Notes: generated from the sequence alone by a model not told the origin. DNA of 64,000 nt from Chrysomallon squamiferum (GCA_012295275.1 CM022675.1:5022001-5086000); one strand, 5' to 3'; shown: positions 14,001-26,740, counted from the first letter of the stretch. A program made the numbers and translations.

Positions 14001-14214
14001 AGTTGTAAATACAGTGGTACCTTGTTATCAGTTGTAAATACAGTGGTACCTTGTTATCAGTTGTAAATACAGCGGTACCTTGTTATCAGTTGTAAATACA
14101 GTGGTACCTTGTTATCAGTTGTAAATACAGTGGTACCTTGTTATCAGTTGTAAATACAGTGGTACCTTGTTATCAGTTGTAAATACAGTGGTACCTTGTT
14201 ATCAGTTGTAAATA
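11078..14214. repeat. 29-bp minisatellite, consensus CAGTGGTACCTTGTTATCAGTTGTAAATA, about 105-110 units
   Basis: Period of 29 read directly (GGTACC at 11161, 11190, ...). Units are head-to-tail with no spacers and occasional slipped copies. Confidence 0.98.
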
Positions 14215-14651
14215 TATTTCTTTGGACATCAACTACGAACAAGATAATTTGGTTAAATCTTGTAAATGGTATGAATTTGTTATGATTTTATTTGTTATTT
14301 AAAAACTGCCCAGTTTGATTACTAGAAATTTTATCAGGCTATGATTAAAGATAATTTCTTTTCAATCTTGTGACAGATGAAATATTATATGATTTTTATT
14401 TGATTATTTAAAAACTGCCTGTTTTAATTGATAACAGTGAATATCAGAGCACAGTTTCTCAACATGTGTTTTTCTTATTTCCCAGTTTAAATTAATGTGA
14501 TAATGTTATCAATTGTAAATGTGATATGTGATAAGGTAAACACAGGATGCAGTCTAATAAAGAAAATTATAATATTAAGACTTTGGACATGTCTGCTAGT
14601 TGTTTTACTACTACTACTACCACTATAATAATAATAATAATAATAATAATA

Positions 14652-14851
14652 NNNNNNNNNNNNNNNNNNNNNNNNNNNNNNNNNNNNNNNNNNNNNNNNN
14701 NNNNNNNNNNNNNNNNNNNNNNNNNNNNNNNNNNNNNNNNNNNNNNNNNNNNNNNNNNNNNNNNNNNNNNNNNNNNNNNNNNNNNNNNNNNNNNNNNNNN
14801 NNNNNNNNNNNNNNNNNNNNNNNNNNNNNNNNNNNNNNNNNNNNNNNNNNN
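14652..14851. other. Assembly gap (200 N)
   Basis: Run of N following an (AAT)n tract. Confidence 1.
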
Positions 14852-16829
14852 TTAAATTTAATTAATTGTTAATTTAATCTGAAAAATCCTGACAATTTTC
14901 TTATAATTTCTCAGAAGAAAAAGATAAATGCAGTTGAACACATTTGACTTAAGTATGAATACAAAATGAATTGGTACATTTAAATAGCTATATTGTTATT
15001 TCTAAAACTGATTAATAAACCCTGATATAATTAATAAGTAAAACCATTTTGAAAAACAATGTAAAGTTAATGAAGAAATAAAATGTGGGGAAGACAAAAC
15101 AAAATCTGTTACTGATGAGTGAAAACATAATGTATATTAATAATATCCTTTACAATCCTTCACCGGGGCTTTTGTTTTGTTTTAAAGAAAAACAAAATTG
15201 TTGATATTTTCTAGCTATCCATTATTATTTATAGTCCAGATAAGATGGAAACACATGAGTGAGAGCAACTAAAACAAAAAGTAAAAGTGCTGCAATCCAT
15301 ACAATAAGAAAAACTGCTGACAGAAGCTTGGAATTTCCTAAACAAACAGTTCTACAGATTTCCTAAAATCACTCATATAGATCCATTACTAAAATACACC
15401 ATTAACGTAAATGAAATAACAATGAATCGTTTCTTGATCATATTTCAGGCTCTGAATCAAACAAAGTTGAACTTAAAAATACTGAAACATAAAAAAATCC
15501 TAGTGAAAAACATTAAATTATCTCTCAAAATGCTCTTTATATATTACATGCAAATATAATAAATACAAAATACAAAATAAAAGATTATACTTTAGCTATT
15601 AAAATGCAGATTACTTAATAATTAAAACAATATTATTTGCTTCACTATTATTTTGAGTAGATTAATCACCATCAAACGACACATAAACTAATCTTCATGA
15701 CATTGTTTGTACAGTTTAGGGGGAAACACACACACAATTCTAGGTGTGTAACCGTGTATTTTGGTACAGGGCTGGAGACCACTGCACTGGGGTAACAGTG
15801 ATTTTTACAAAATAAAAACACCAAATTACTTTTCTGTTGTTTTATCATCATCACACCATTATTCATAAATATGGTCAACATCATCATAAATAAATAAATA
15901 AATAATGTTGAAAATTAAATGAACAATCTTGAATATTAGAAAACAAAATATATATTATGCTGTAAGCAAATGTGACATTTTGGAAAGTAAAGTAAAAGTA
16001 AAAATTAAAATAAATGTGTAAAAAAAAAAGAGAAAATGAATTCATGAACCATATAATAGAAAAATTAATTAAGTTGCTGAATGTTACTTATATAAAGTGA
16101 ATAAAACATTTTTTACTGTAATGTTGGATATTGTATATAATGATTTTTTTTGGTTCAGTTGTAAACAGTTAGAATTTAAAAATCCTTTCTGACTGAAATA
16201 GTTTTATGAAGTTAAAATAAAATTACAATATTATAACTGTTTAGATTATATTATCATTATGTTTTAGCTTAATGCAACATTGGTAAGACTTATAATGTTT
16301 GTATGCTTAACTTTTGTGATTGCATATGTGGTCAAATTAGAAATTAATAACAAGAATCAGAAATTATCCATGAAAATGACTTGCCGTAATTATTTCTTAC
16401 TTTCTGAGTGTAATATTGTAAAACTGTTAGTTACTCAAGGCTGTTAAAGAAAACATTTTGAAGTAAGAATAATATCCAAATATGACTTCAATATGTATGT
16501 ATTCAAAGCTGTTATAAATGAATAATAATATTGGTTGATTTAATGAACAAAACTGTGAATTGATGTTTTTGTTTGATCATTTAATGTTTTCAACACGAGT
16601 AACCAATACTTCCATTAGATCGCACTCACACAGAAATAAAGTTATGTCTCTGTGAAAATATATAATGTTTATTAGGATTAAAATATTTTATCTGTTTTAT
16701 CAATGTAAATTATAGCTACATATACACAAGTATGCAACATGAAATAAAAAAGAGAAGAAATAAGAGTAAAAAGGAGAAAGTGAACAGAAAATAAGGATAA
16801 GCATTAGCCAAGCTGCTCAGGGATGTCAA

Positions 16830-17720
16830 ATAATGAGATGTTCATCTGCACCATTTTATCTGTCAACACCAGTTCAACAGTCTCAGAAGTATGGACAATG
16901 TGGACAAACCTGATGATCCCAAGGTCAGTATTCTGGTTTAAATTTCACCAGTTGTGCACAATCAAGATGTCAGTATAAAAATTTGATAGAATAACTCTTT
17001 TAAATCTTTGACTAGAAAGTTAGATATAATGTATGATAAACTGGAAAAATTAGACATGACTGGAAAAATTAGACATGATCGAAAAACAACTGAATGGTAT
17101 GAAAATAACTGTACAAGATATAGTGGTAAAATGATTGATATTAAGAAAAAAGTACAAGATATGGAAAGGGTATGAATTACATTCACTGTCAGTTTGAAAG
17201 GAATAAAACAATCTTGAATATTTGAAATCTGTTGTCTTAGATATGAACAGTTCTACTTGTGAAATGAGAGATAATAATACCAGTATGAAACAACAAATAT
17301 GTGAAGTAGAAACTGAGTTTCGAATCTTAAGAGATAAACACAATGACCTACAAACTCACTTCATCGTGACAATGTAATGTTTAGTGTGATACCAGAGGAA
17401 GATGAGGAAGACACAGACAAGGAGTTGAAAAGTTTTATAAAAAATGAAAGTAGAAAATAATACTGACTTTGACAGAGTGAATCGACTGGGGAAGATGTAT
17501 ATATAAGGCCTGTTGTTGCTAAATTCATTTTATATAAATTGTGAGAAGAGCTGCACCCAAAACACTGATAAACAAGCAATTCACGGTTAATGAACAATTC
17601 CTGAAATAAATTAATGACAGGAGAAAATTACTATATCCACATTACAGCAAAAAGGCAAGGGAAAAGACTGGTGTTAAATGGTGATAAACTGTATATCGAG
17701 GTCAGGCTGTTTACACTGGG
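16830..17720 (+). mobile_element. Decayed LINE ORF1 (L1-transposase/RRM type, CR1/L2-like)
   Basis: Coiled-coil remnant, then the motifs DLQTH../RDNVMFSVIPEEDEEDT, FDRVNRLG, RPVVAKF, VNEQF..INDRRKLLYP and DKLYI across shifted frames with stops. Confidence 0.75.
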
Positions 17721-17774
17721 AGAGGTCGGGCCAGAAGCCAGTAACACAAACATAACAATCATCAGTAAGTGACA

Positions 17775-19556
17775 CCAAGGTTATTATCTTCTGTCCAAGT
17801 CTGAGATTCTTCAGTGAGGTGATGTTGAGAAGTTGATAAGACGTTGCACATCCAGTGACCCGAGTATTACGTGCACATCAAAGAGACATTCGATGTTATC
17901 AAACGTGCACACATAGACACTGGTCACGGAGGTTGCAATCGAATGGTAAAGGAGATAGGCAACAAGTTTGCCAGTGTTACCAGGGATTCTACTGAACTGT
18001 TTAAGTCAATGTACACTGACTGTCAGTGTAAACCGATGACAAAGGGTGTGGTTGTCTGACCAATCTTGTCTAAAGAATTCTTTGCTCGTGGCCAAGTAGA
18101 TCTCACTGATATGCAATCGTTACCGCGTGGTTCTTTCAAGTGGATTAAGGTGTATCAGGATCAGCTTACAAAGTTTGTTGTTATCCGCCCACTGACATCA
18201 AAGCGAGCTGCTGAAGTTGCAAACCAACTCATGGACATATTTCTGCTATTCAGTGCACCACATATATTACAACGGTTCTGAATTTACAGCTCAAATCATT
18301 TCTGATTTGAAGAGTTGTGGCCAGAGCTAGTTATAGTGCTTGGTAAACCACGCCACCCACAGAGTCAAGTTCTGTAGAATGTGCAAATTATGACACTAAA
18401 GACATGCTTGTTGCGAGGATGAGTGAGAATGATAGCGCTGATAGGACTGTTGGTGTTAAATTTGTTCAGTTTCGCAAGAACTCGAGTTTCAATGCTGGAA
18501 TAAAACAGTCATCTTGTACAACCTTATTTGGCATCAAAGGCAGGATTGGTTTGACTTCCTTCGTTACCACATTATGTTATCCACAAGCTACAGAAGGAAG
18601 ATGACTTACTAGCCTTTCTGTCCAGCAGCTCTACTCTACCAGAAACAACTCAGTCTCTACCAGAAAAAACTCAACCAATGAGCAGCATAGACAAGAAAAG
18701 AAAGCTTGCAGTAGCTGCATAACAGAAACCAGCTGAGTGTGTTCTTAAGCAGTTGTGTGATTATGAAGGATGCTGCTGTTGGTTATAACGTAGCTGTGCC
18801 CATTCCATCTGTAGAAATATTCTAGTGTTATACTGTAGAAAACAGACACTTAGCTGTAGAAATATTCTAGTGTTATATTAGCTGTAGAAAACAGACACTA
18901 TACCGAGCGTGTTGTTCTGTATATTCTTGTTATATTAGCTGTAGAAAACAGACACATACCATCTAGTATTATATTAGCTGTATATACACCTGTAGAAATA
19001 TTCTAGTGTTATATTAGCTGTAGAAAACAGACACTATACACCTGTAGAAATATTCTAGTGTTATATTAGCTGTAGAAAACAGACACTATACACCTGTAGA
19101 AATATTCTAGTATTATATTAGCTGTAGAAAACAGACACTATACACCTGTAGAAATATTCTAGTGTTATATTAGCTGTAGAAAACAGACACTATACATCTG
19201 TAGAAATATTCTAGTATTATATTAGCTGTAGAAAACAGACACTATACACCTGTAGAAATATTCTAGTATTATATTAGCTGTAGAAAACAGACACTATTCC
19301 ATCTGGTATTCTGAAAGGGAAATATAGTCAACACCAGTTTGATGTATGTCCTCAGAGACTCCTGAGTGAATCTGACATTAACAGTGTGTCACTTCGTGAA
19401 GTCAACAAAAAGCAGTCTCAACACGGTGGTCAGAGTTTCGTCAAGTGCAGTTGTAATGGACCTAAGAGATGTCGGAGTAAGAGATGTGCTTGTTTCAAAA
19501 ATAATGTTTTGTGTAATAGCAGATGTCACAACTGTGTAAATTGTTTAAATAAATGA
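17775..19556 (+). mobile_element. Decayed KRBA2/SCAND3/GIN (Ginger-type) DDE integrase-like transposase
   Basis: AHIDTGHGG zinc-binding motif, RGQVDLTDMQS, YQDQLTKFVVIRPLTSKRAAEVA..APHILQ, GKPRHPQSQ, and a C-terminal Cys cluster GGQSFVKCSCNG..CRSKRCACFKNNVLCNSRCH..CLNK*. Multiple frameshifts. Confidence 0.85.
18808..19300. repeat. 52-bp minisatellite inside the integrase remnant (about 6 clean plus about 3 degenerate units)
   Basis: Unit cacctgtagaaatattctagtgttatattagctgtagaaaacagacactata at 18987, 19039, 19091 and onward. Confidence 0.93.
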
Positions 19557-19889
19557 AATATGTATTATGTGTCACCAATGCATCATACTGGTAAATTTGT
19601 TGTTACATGTATTTTATTATTCAATGCAGATGAAACATAGTTTAGTTAATAGAAAACACCTAAGAAATACCCTTTAGCCAAATAACTGGAAATTTTAGTC
19701 AGTTTGGCTAAATGACTAGAGGTCAGAGGCATTTGACCAAATGACTGGTTTGACACACTGACTGTAACATGTATACCTGCTTGTATTCTCGAAGGAAGCT
19801 TTGATAATTTTTTTGCAAACAATTGCTGTTTTTGGAGAATTTCTTTTCTTAAGCAAGAGCAGTAAAAAAGTGACAACCAAGCAGGCATT

Positions 19890-21420
19890 ATGAATGATAA
19901 TGTCAGATTCTGTGGATGAGAATGAAGTGTTGGAATGTGAAATAATAGTGATTTTGAAAGTGAAGAGACTGACGATGATGTTGTCAATGATACAAATAAT
20001 AATAACACGAATGAAGGTGAAGATGAAAATGATTCTGTTGATAATCACAGCCCAGGTGTTGATGTTTTACAACCTGGTAGTGGGTGTGGCTGTGGTAGAG
20101 GACGTGGTCGAGGTGTGACAGAATTCTCAGACTCAGGCAGATCAGCATCTGTGGATGAATGACATGAGAGAGTGTCGTGAAAAACAATTCAAACCCCGGT
20201 CCCAAAAATATTCCAGATTCACTCAATAATGAGAGCAGCACTGCTGACTTTTATACGTTATTCTGGAATGATGATTTATGGCAGCTCTTTGTTGTTGAAA
20301 CTAACAGCAGGCAGAACATATCAGAGAAGCAAAACCTTCACATTGTTATTCAAAATCATTTAGTTCATTAACAGATTAAAAACTGTTTTTGCTGTTGAGT
20401 AGTGATGGAAATGCTTATTCACAAGGAATGATATGAATAATTTTGGTGAGATAAGGAAAATGTCTTGACCATCACACCTGGATTTCCACAGATTTTTACA
20501 AGAGATAGATTTTTAGCAATATGGTCTATGCTACATAGTGTAAATGTATTAGACCTGGAGCTAGACAAATCTGATAAGATTTACAAATCAAGGCCCATGT
20601 TCAAGCACTTGTTGGAAAAATTCTGGCTGCATTATATACCAAGAAGCAATCTGTTAGCTGACAAAGGAATGATTCCAATATAAAACTCCCTCTCTATAAA
20701 ACAGCATATCAAAGAAAAACCGATAAAGTGGGATATCAAAACCTTCCCACTTTGTGACATTTCAAATGCAGAAGTATATACAGGTCACAGGAATGATGCT
20801 GAAACCATTGAAAACCTTGGTGGACTGGAAACCTTGTTATTTGTATGTTGGAACTGTTTTGTGACCAGCATTACTGTTTGTTTACAGACAGACTCTACAC
20901 TAGTGTATATTTGTGTGAGGTTTTGCTGGAAAAGAGAGGAATCTGCCTAGTGGGCAGTGCACTTACAAATCACAAACGTTTTCCCAAAAAAATGTTCAAA
21001 TGGTAAAGTCAGATCAAAAGGGGGCAGTTTGAACTATTGTTCAATGGAATTGTAGCAGCAATTGTTTGGTGTGACAAAAAGCCTATTTAAAGTGCGTCTG
21101 TGCACAGACAAACACCTCCAAGATTCTGGACCTCATGAGTTGGAAAGAGCCTACCCATGCAACATCAAACAGTAGGTGTGTAGTGTGTCTGTACACAGAC
21201 AAACACCTCCAAGATTCTGGACCTCATGAGTTGGAAAGAGCCTACCCATGCAACATCAAACAGTAGGTGTGTAGTGTGTCTGTACACAGACAAACACCTC
21301 CAAGATTCTGGACCTCATGAGTTGGAAAGAGCCTCCCCATGCAACATCAAACAGTAGGTGTGTAGTGTGTCTGGAAAACCACAACAGGTCAGACAACAAA
21401 ATCCCAGTGCTGCCTATAAG
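19890..21420 (+). mobile_element. Decayed piggyBac (PGBD4-like) transposase
   Basis: Acidic N-terminus; FYTLFWNDDLWQLFVVETN; FTRDRFLAIWSMLH; DKIYKSRP; ADKGMIP; KEKPIKWDIK; FTDRLYTSV; C-terminal RCVVC. Stops and frameshifts throughout, plus an internal deletion near 21090. TTAA-flanked TIRs not identified. Confidence 0.85.
21090..21372. repeat. 91-bp tandem triplication in the piggyBac C-terminal region
   Basis: acagacaaacacctccaagattc starts at 21104, 21195 and 21286. Confidence 0.95.
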
Positions 21421-22811
21421 GACTTTCTTCTTTAAGAAGTTAAGTTTTATTTATTTATTTATATATTTATTTTTAAAAATCAAAACAAATAAAAGCAAAG
21501 AAAAAAAGAAGAAAGTCATGCACATGTACACACAATAAAAATGAAAGCAGAGAAACAATCGCACAAACGAAAAAACCAAACACCACAGATGTGAAACTGG
21601 ATACCTCACTTGAGGTGTTTTAAATCCGGGTGTTAGTGATCATGTTTCGTCTTTATTCAGTGTGCACGTTCAAATTAGTTTGAGTAGGGAACAATTCACA
21701 GTATTCACGTGATGGAGAACTTTGTGGATGTTGTCGTGTCGTGTTTGACCAAACATAAACAGGACCCACACAGTAACTCTGAACAACAACAACAACAACA
21801 AAAAATTAAAAATTATTTTAAAAAATGAGTCACGTCCATCAGTTTCAAATTTGTTTACATTCTGTATCAGTGAAATATTTTTATTATCACAAAGCAAGAC
21901 TTGAAAAATTAAGATTCAGTATATCGTTAATGAACCTGTAATATTAATTTTCATGCTTTATTATTATTAAAAATTAGTATAAAAAATATTAATTTCAAAA
22001 CCACTCAAGAGAAATGTGCTTAGACTTCTCTTCAAAGTACACTTTATTAAATATATTTTTCTTTTTACAAGCAGGATGTTAAAATTGACGCATCTTACAT
22101 GAATATCATATTCAAATGTCATTTCTGCATTAAAAGTATTAAAAAAAAAGAGAAAAAGATAAAAAGAAGGTTATACCATAACTCCAGACATCAGTTTTGT
22201 GTGTGAATATTCTGTCAAGAGCTAACCACTTGATTGGCATCTGAAACAGTAAAAAAAGAATAAAATCAAGTTTTTCATATTTTTCCAGTTTATCGAATAA
22301 TAGCTGAAATTTAATCTTTTTGAAATTTCAGCATATCAATGTTGCCAGTTAAAAGAAAAACTGAATTAAGACTATTCCAAGTTTCAGTTTGTAAGTTCCC
22401 TATTAATAAGAAAACAGAAGTAAGAAATGTGAATTACTACTGTTCCACTCACTTTTCCACCACCAGCTTAGTACTCTTCGTCACTGTAATCAAGAAGTTT
22501 AGCTAATCCAAAATCTGTGATCTTCACGCGATTCGAGGTTTATACTGTACAAAGATAAAAAAATTATATAAATATAATGTCAAAATTGTGTTCACAATTT
22601 CAGTGATTATTATTTTTATTATTATTATTATTATCGTTATTACTGTTATTATTACTACTATTATTATTACTATTATTACTATTATAATTATTATTGTCGT
22701 TATTATTGTTGTTGTTATTGCTACCACTACTACTACTACTAGTACTATTCATATTATTATTTTATTATTATTGAATAAAATTGTTATAAGTACTATTATT
22801 TGAAATCTTGA

Positions 22812-22861
<50 letters not shown>

Positions 22862-23249
22862 TTGTTTTGTAAAGCTGACTAACAAAGATTCTAATTAACC
22901 TTTGAAAGGAAAATAAATATTTTTTTTTTAAATAGAGGAAGAACAAAAAACTACTTTCTATTGGATCTAGAAAACTACACCAATTTAAAAAACAAAAAAT
23001 AAACATCAGCAAACAAATGGAAAAACAAAAAAAAAAAAAAAAAACAAACAAGAAAATGTGAAAACAAAATTTTATTAAAATACTTATTGACAAAGAATGC
23101 TCACCAAGTACATTTTTAGTGTCTGTGTTGTCAAATATACACCCATACACAAACAGCACACACACACACACAACACATTTAACACTAGATCTCTATGGAC
23201 AATTCCACTTTCCTCTAAATAAATAATTCCCTGAAAACAACACAGTTTA

Positions 23250-23620
23250 TATGTGCTGTGCATGTGTATGATTAAGCGTGTGTGTCGTGTCTCTCTGTGT
23301 TGTGTATATAAGTGTGTCGAGTGTTCTGTGTGTGTCTTGTGAGCTTGTGTGTATTGTGTGTATATGTGTGTGTTGTGTGTATATGTGTGTGTGTTGTATG
23401 TGTGTCTGGTTGTGTGTGTGTTGTGTGTGTATCTCTGTGTATGTTGTATGTGTCTGTCTGTGTTGTGTGTAAGTGTGTATCTGTGTGTTGTGTGTGTCTG
23501 ACTGTATCAGTGTGTTGTGTGTGTTGTGTATCTGTGTGTATGTGTGTGTGTGTGGTATGGGTGTATATGCTGTGTAAGTGCTGTCTGTGTGTGTGTGTGT
23601 ACGGGTGTGTAGGTGTGTAT
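23250..23620. repeat. Degenerate (GT)n low-complexity tract
   Basis: TG-rich interrupted microsatellite; source of the spurious Cys/Val and His/Thr ORFs. Confidence 0.9.
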
Positions 23621-23967
23621 ATTTGACAACACTCACACTGGCTACCTGAGTATATCAGTTGAGGAGGACTTTAGATCCAAAGAGGTCTTTGTTTTTTCTC
23701 AAGAGAACACAGCCAAGTGACATCAGCTGAGTGATCAACATCATCTGTGCCGTCATGCACACTGCGAGGATTCTGACACAACAAGGATGCTTCACTGACG
23801 CCATCACCCATGCCTCCTCCAACAGCTCCTTGATCTGGTTAGGAGTCCCATCCTGTAACTCTTTTATAGCTACTGGAATCTTGACATTTTCTCCTTCTGG
23901 TATCCAGTATCCCTGGTTAATAGTAATAATAGTAACAACAACAACAACAACAACAGCAACAACAATA

Positions 23968-24480
23968 GGGTCATTCCATGTCAAACCACCCCCCAAAAAA
24001 TATTTTAAACCTGACCGTCTCAGAGTTTTATCAAACTTGGTACACTTATTCACTGGGATCCCACAGAAAATCTGAAATTTTAGCCCAATCGGATCAGTGG
24101 TGTGTGAGGTACAGCCCACCGAATTTTTAGATTTTTGGCAAAAATGGGCGTGGCCACCAACCTTTGAACCCTCATATCTCAGGAACTACTGGGCCAATCT
24201 TCATATAATTGTTATTGTTGAAAAGGCAATATGACAAGGATTCCAAATCTGCTATTTTTGTTTAGGAACATATTGGAGTACATTGACCTTTTGACCTTTT
24301 GACGTTGCTATGACCTTGAAATTGACCGTGTGGATCACGTGACCTTGAGATGACCTTTATTGAAATTTAATCTCCCACATGTTAACTAAAACATATAAAA
24401 GTTTCCTGGGTGTAATGTTTTTTGTTTAGCCACAATATAGATTTAGAAAATGCATTTACATGAAAATAACACCTTTTCAG
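23968..24480. mobile_element. Probable non-autonomous interspersed repeat within an EGFR intron
   Basis: Abrupt compositional change beginning gggtcattccatgtcaaaccacc, with a cluster of tgacctt motifs at 24284-24358. No partner TIR found, so the class is unassigned. Confidence 0.4.
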
Positions 24481-25657
24481 CCATTAACATCTGATTAACT
24501 AAAACCTGAATGATCAATAAGGAATCACCATAAGGTAATAGTATAAGTAGTAGTTGTGACAGAGACAGTAACTGAAGCTGTAGATGTATTTTTAGTAGTA
24601 ACATTATAACATTTAACATCCATCAACTTATGGTTGGAGGTAGATAAAGATATGTAATTTTATTCTCACTTTATATACCATTCCAAACACCCCGGAGCCA
24701 ATAATTCCTCCTTGTTTCAGTTCAGATTCTTTTACCAGTCTAAGCTGGGTGGGGTCAGGTTTAACTGTCAGGGGCTGAAATAAAAACATTTATTTATAGA
24801 TGTGCGTGTGTCTTTACCATCATTTGTATCAGATTAAGAACCACTGGCTAACAAACGTTTATAATTTTGTACATGAAGGATGTATGTTTAGGTAAATACA
24901 CAATATAAACATATTACATAAAATAGTTACTCACACAGAAATGTGAATAAAGTATCTATAATGTTTATATCTGTCTATAAAACAGATAAGTGTATGTTTA
25001 ATATCAGATCAAAGAAACTCACCTCAGTTTCTTCATGACCAGACATCTTAAGTCTGATTGCCTCAGTCTTCCTCTTCGCCTTTGCTCTCTTGTGTCAGTG
25101 ATATCGAAATTCAGCCACAATACACCCGATCAGAAACAAACCCCTATAACTGAGATTATTACAGTTTTCTTCTTTTCATCACTGTGAAAATAAAAAATAA
25201 ACATTCAGAAAATTCATAACAATAACAATAACAATAATAATAAAAATAAAATAAAACATAATTCCTCATGTAAAAGCTGGTAACGTATTTTCCCAACCCA
25301 GAGGTCCACAGCTGATTTATCAAAGGCTGTTTATGAGAAGGTTCACATAAAATAGCATACAGAGTTTCCCACTGGATTATTCTCAGACTTGTCAGGGGGA
25401 TGTGGTGTGCGTACACGCCCACTATCAGGACGTACCCTGTCACCTCCTCGATGTTCTCTAGAAAGGACAAGTCGTAGTCGTAGTTGCTGTCAAGAAAAAG
25501 TATCTCCAAGTTGCCAGCTATGTACGTGCAGTTGCTATATGTTTCTGTGTAAGTCTTGTAATGAACAAAATGTGTGTCCTCTAGCAACCAGGCCCTGAGA
25601 AGTACCAGTACATTCTGAAATACAAAATACAGTCATTACTATTATTGTTCTTGTTCA

Positions 25658-25712
<55 letters not shown>

Positions 25713-26224
25713 ACTAATGGCATGATGTGCTTTAATCTGAGATAAAACTGATATAATAATGTAACTAACAAAATTATTATAATTCCAATATTACAATATT
25801 GGTAATGTATGATTTATCAAAGGGAGATTTCTCAAAATGTATTTTCCTTGAACATAACAATTAACAGGAAGTAGTCGTTAAAAGTATTTAGCACTTGGGA
25901 AATATGGGAAGTTTATTGCTTCCAGTCAAATTTATCTGATTTTGTGACATTTGGTATTGAAGATAAAACATTTTTGCTTTTTGAAGTGTTTTGTTATTTT
26001 GTAAAATTTTGTAAAAAGAGAATGTATGAAGATGAAGGCATTCTTGAGTAATGCAGAGAGACAGCCACACACAAACGTACCAGAGACAGAGAGACAGAGA
26101 CAGAGAGACAGAGAGACAGCCACACACAAACATACCAGAGACAGAGACAGTGAAACAGAGAGACAGTAAGAGACTAAAATGGTTTCAGAATTTTGTTTTC
26201 CTGAACAGGTATAGTTTATAAGCA

Positions 26225-26227
<3 letters not shown>

Positions 26228-26299
<72 letters not shown>
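26228..26299. repeat. (GT)n microsatellite
   Basis: Pure GT run. Confidence 0.95.
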
Positions 26300-26306
<7 letters not shown>

Positions 26307-26653
26307 GTTACTTAGGTTTGTTAAAGTGAATATTTTCTAATGAAAGATTATTATTATTAAAATGTTCATATCAGAAAATTAACTTTAAATAACAATTTTT
26401 ATTTACTTTATTTTATTATCTATTTCGTTTTTATTTAATTATTATTTTATTTATTGTTTATTTGTTTGTATGTTTATTTTTTTTTTCAGTATCTGTTACT
26501 ATGATTGTGATTAAAAAAACAAAACCCAATGGGAAACTGCTTCCAACTACTAACTCACCAACATTACTCCTTTAGTAAATAAAAACAATAATAAATAAAT
26601 AAATAAATAAATAAGAACAGAACTAAAAGGAGTAAGAAATAATAATATAAAAA

Positions 26654-26656
<3 letters not shown>

Positions 26657-26740
<84 letters not shown>
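26657..26740. repeat. (CT)n microsatellite
   Basis: Near-pure CT run. Confidence 0.95.

Larger units (their letters stand above)
21720..25614 (-). pseudogene. EGFR: Epidermal growth factor receptor-like pseudogene, intron-containing and internally deleted
   Basis: Minus-strand exons: 25614-~25355 (CTGTS../YSNCTYIAGNLEI..DLSFLENIEEVTGYVLI, L1 domain), ~25149-25023 (TM/juxtamembrane KRAKAKRK..GHEETE), 24774-24670 (PLT..LRLVKESEL..GSGVFGMVYK, frameshifted), 23912-23637 (GYWIPEGENVKIPVAIK..HPCCVRILAVCMTAQMMLITQLM..GSKVLLN*), ~22550-22453 (VKITDFGLAKLLDYSDEEY*AGGGK), 22240-22177 (MPIKWLAL..IFTHKTDVWSYG), 21778-~21720 (VTVW.LF.FG). Confidence 0.92.

Noticed and set aside
11078-14214. CRISPR array (29-bp repeat)
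   Set aside because: Units are contiguous with no unique spacers, there are no cas genes, and the context is a eukaryotic intron.
14547-14872. ORFs spanning the N run
   Set aside because: Artefacts of the assembly gap.
22524-23636. Poly-Ile/Thr and Cys-Val/His-Thr ORFs (also 8782, 28510, 32832, 42170, 57941, 59528)
   Set aside because: Translations of microsatellites, not proteins.
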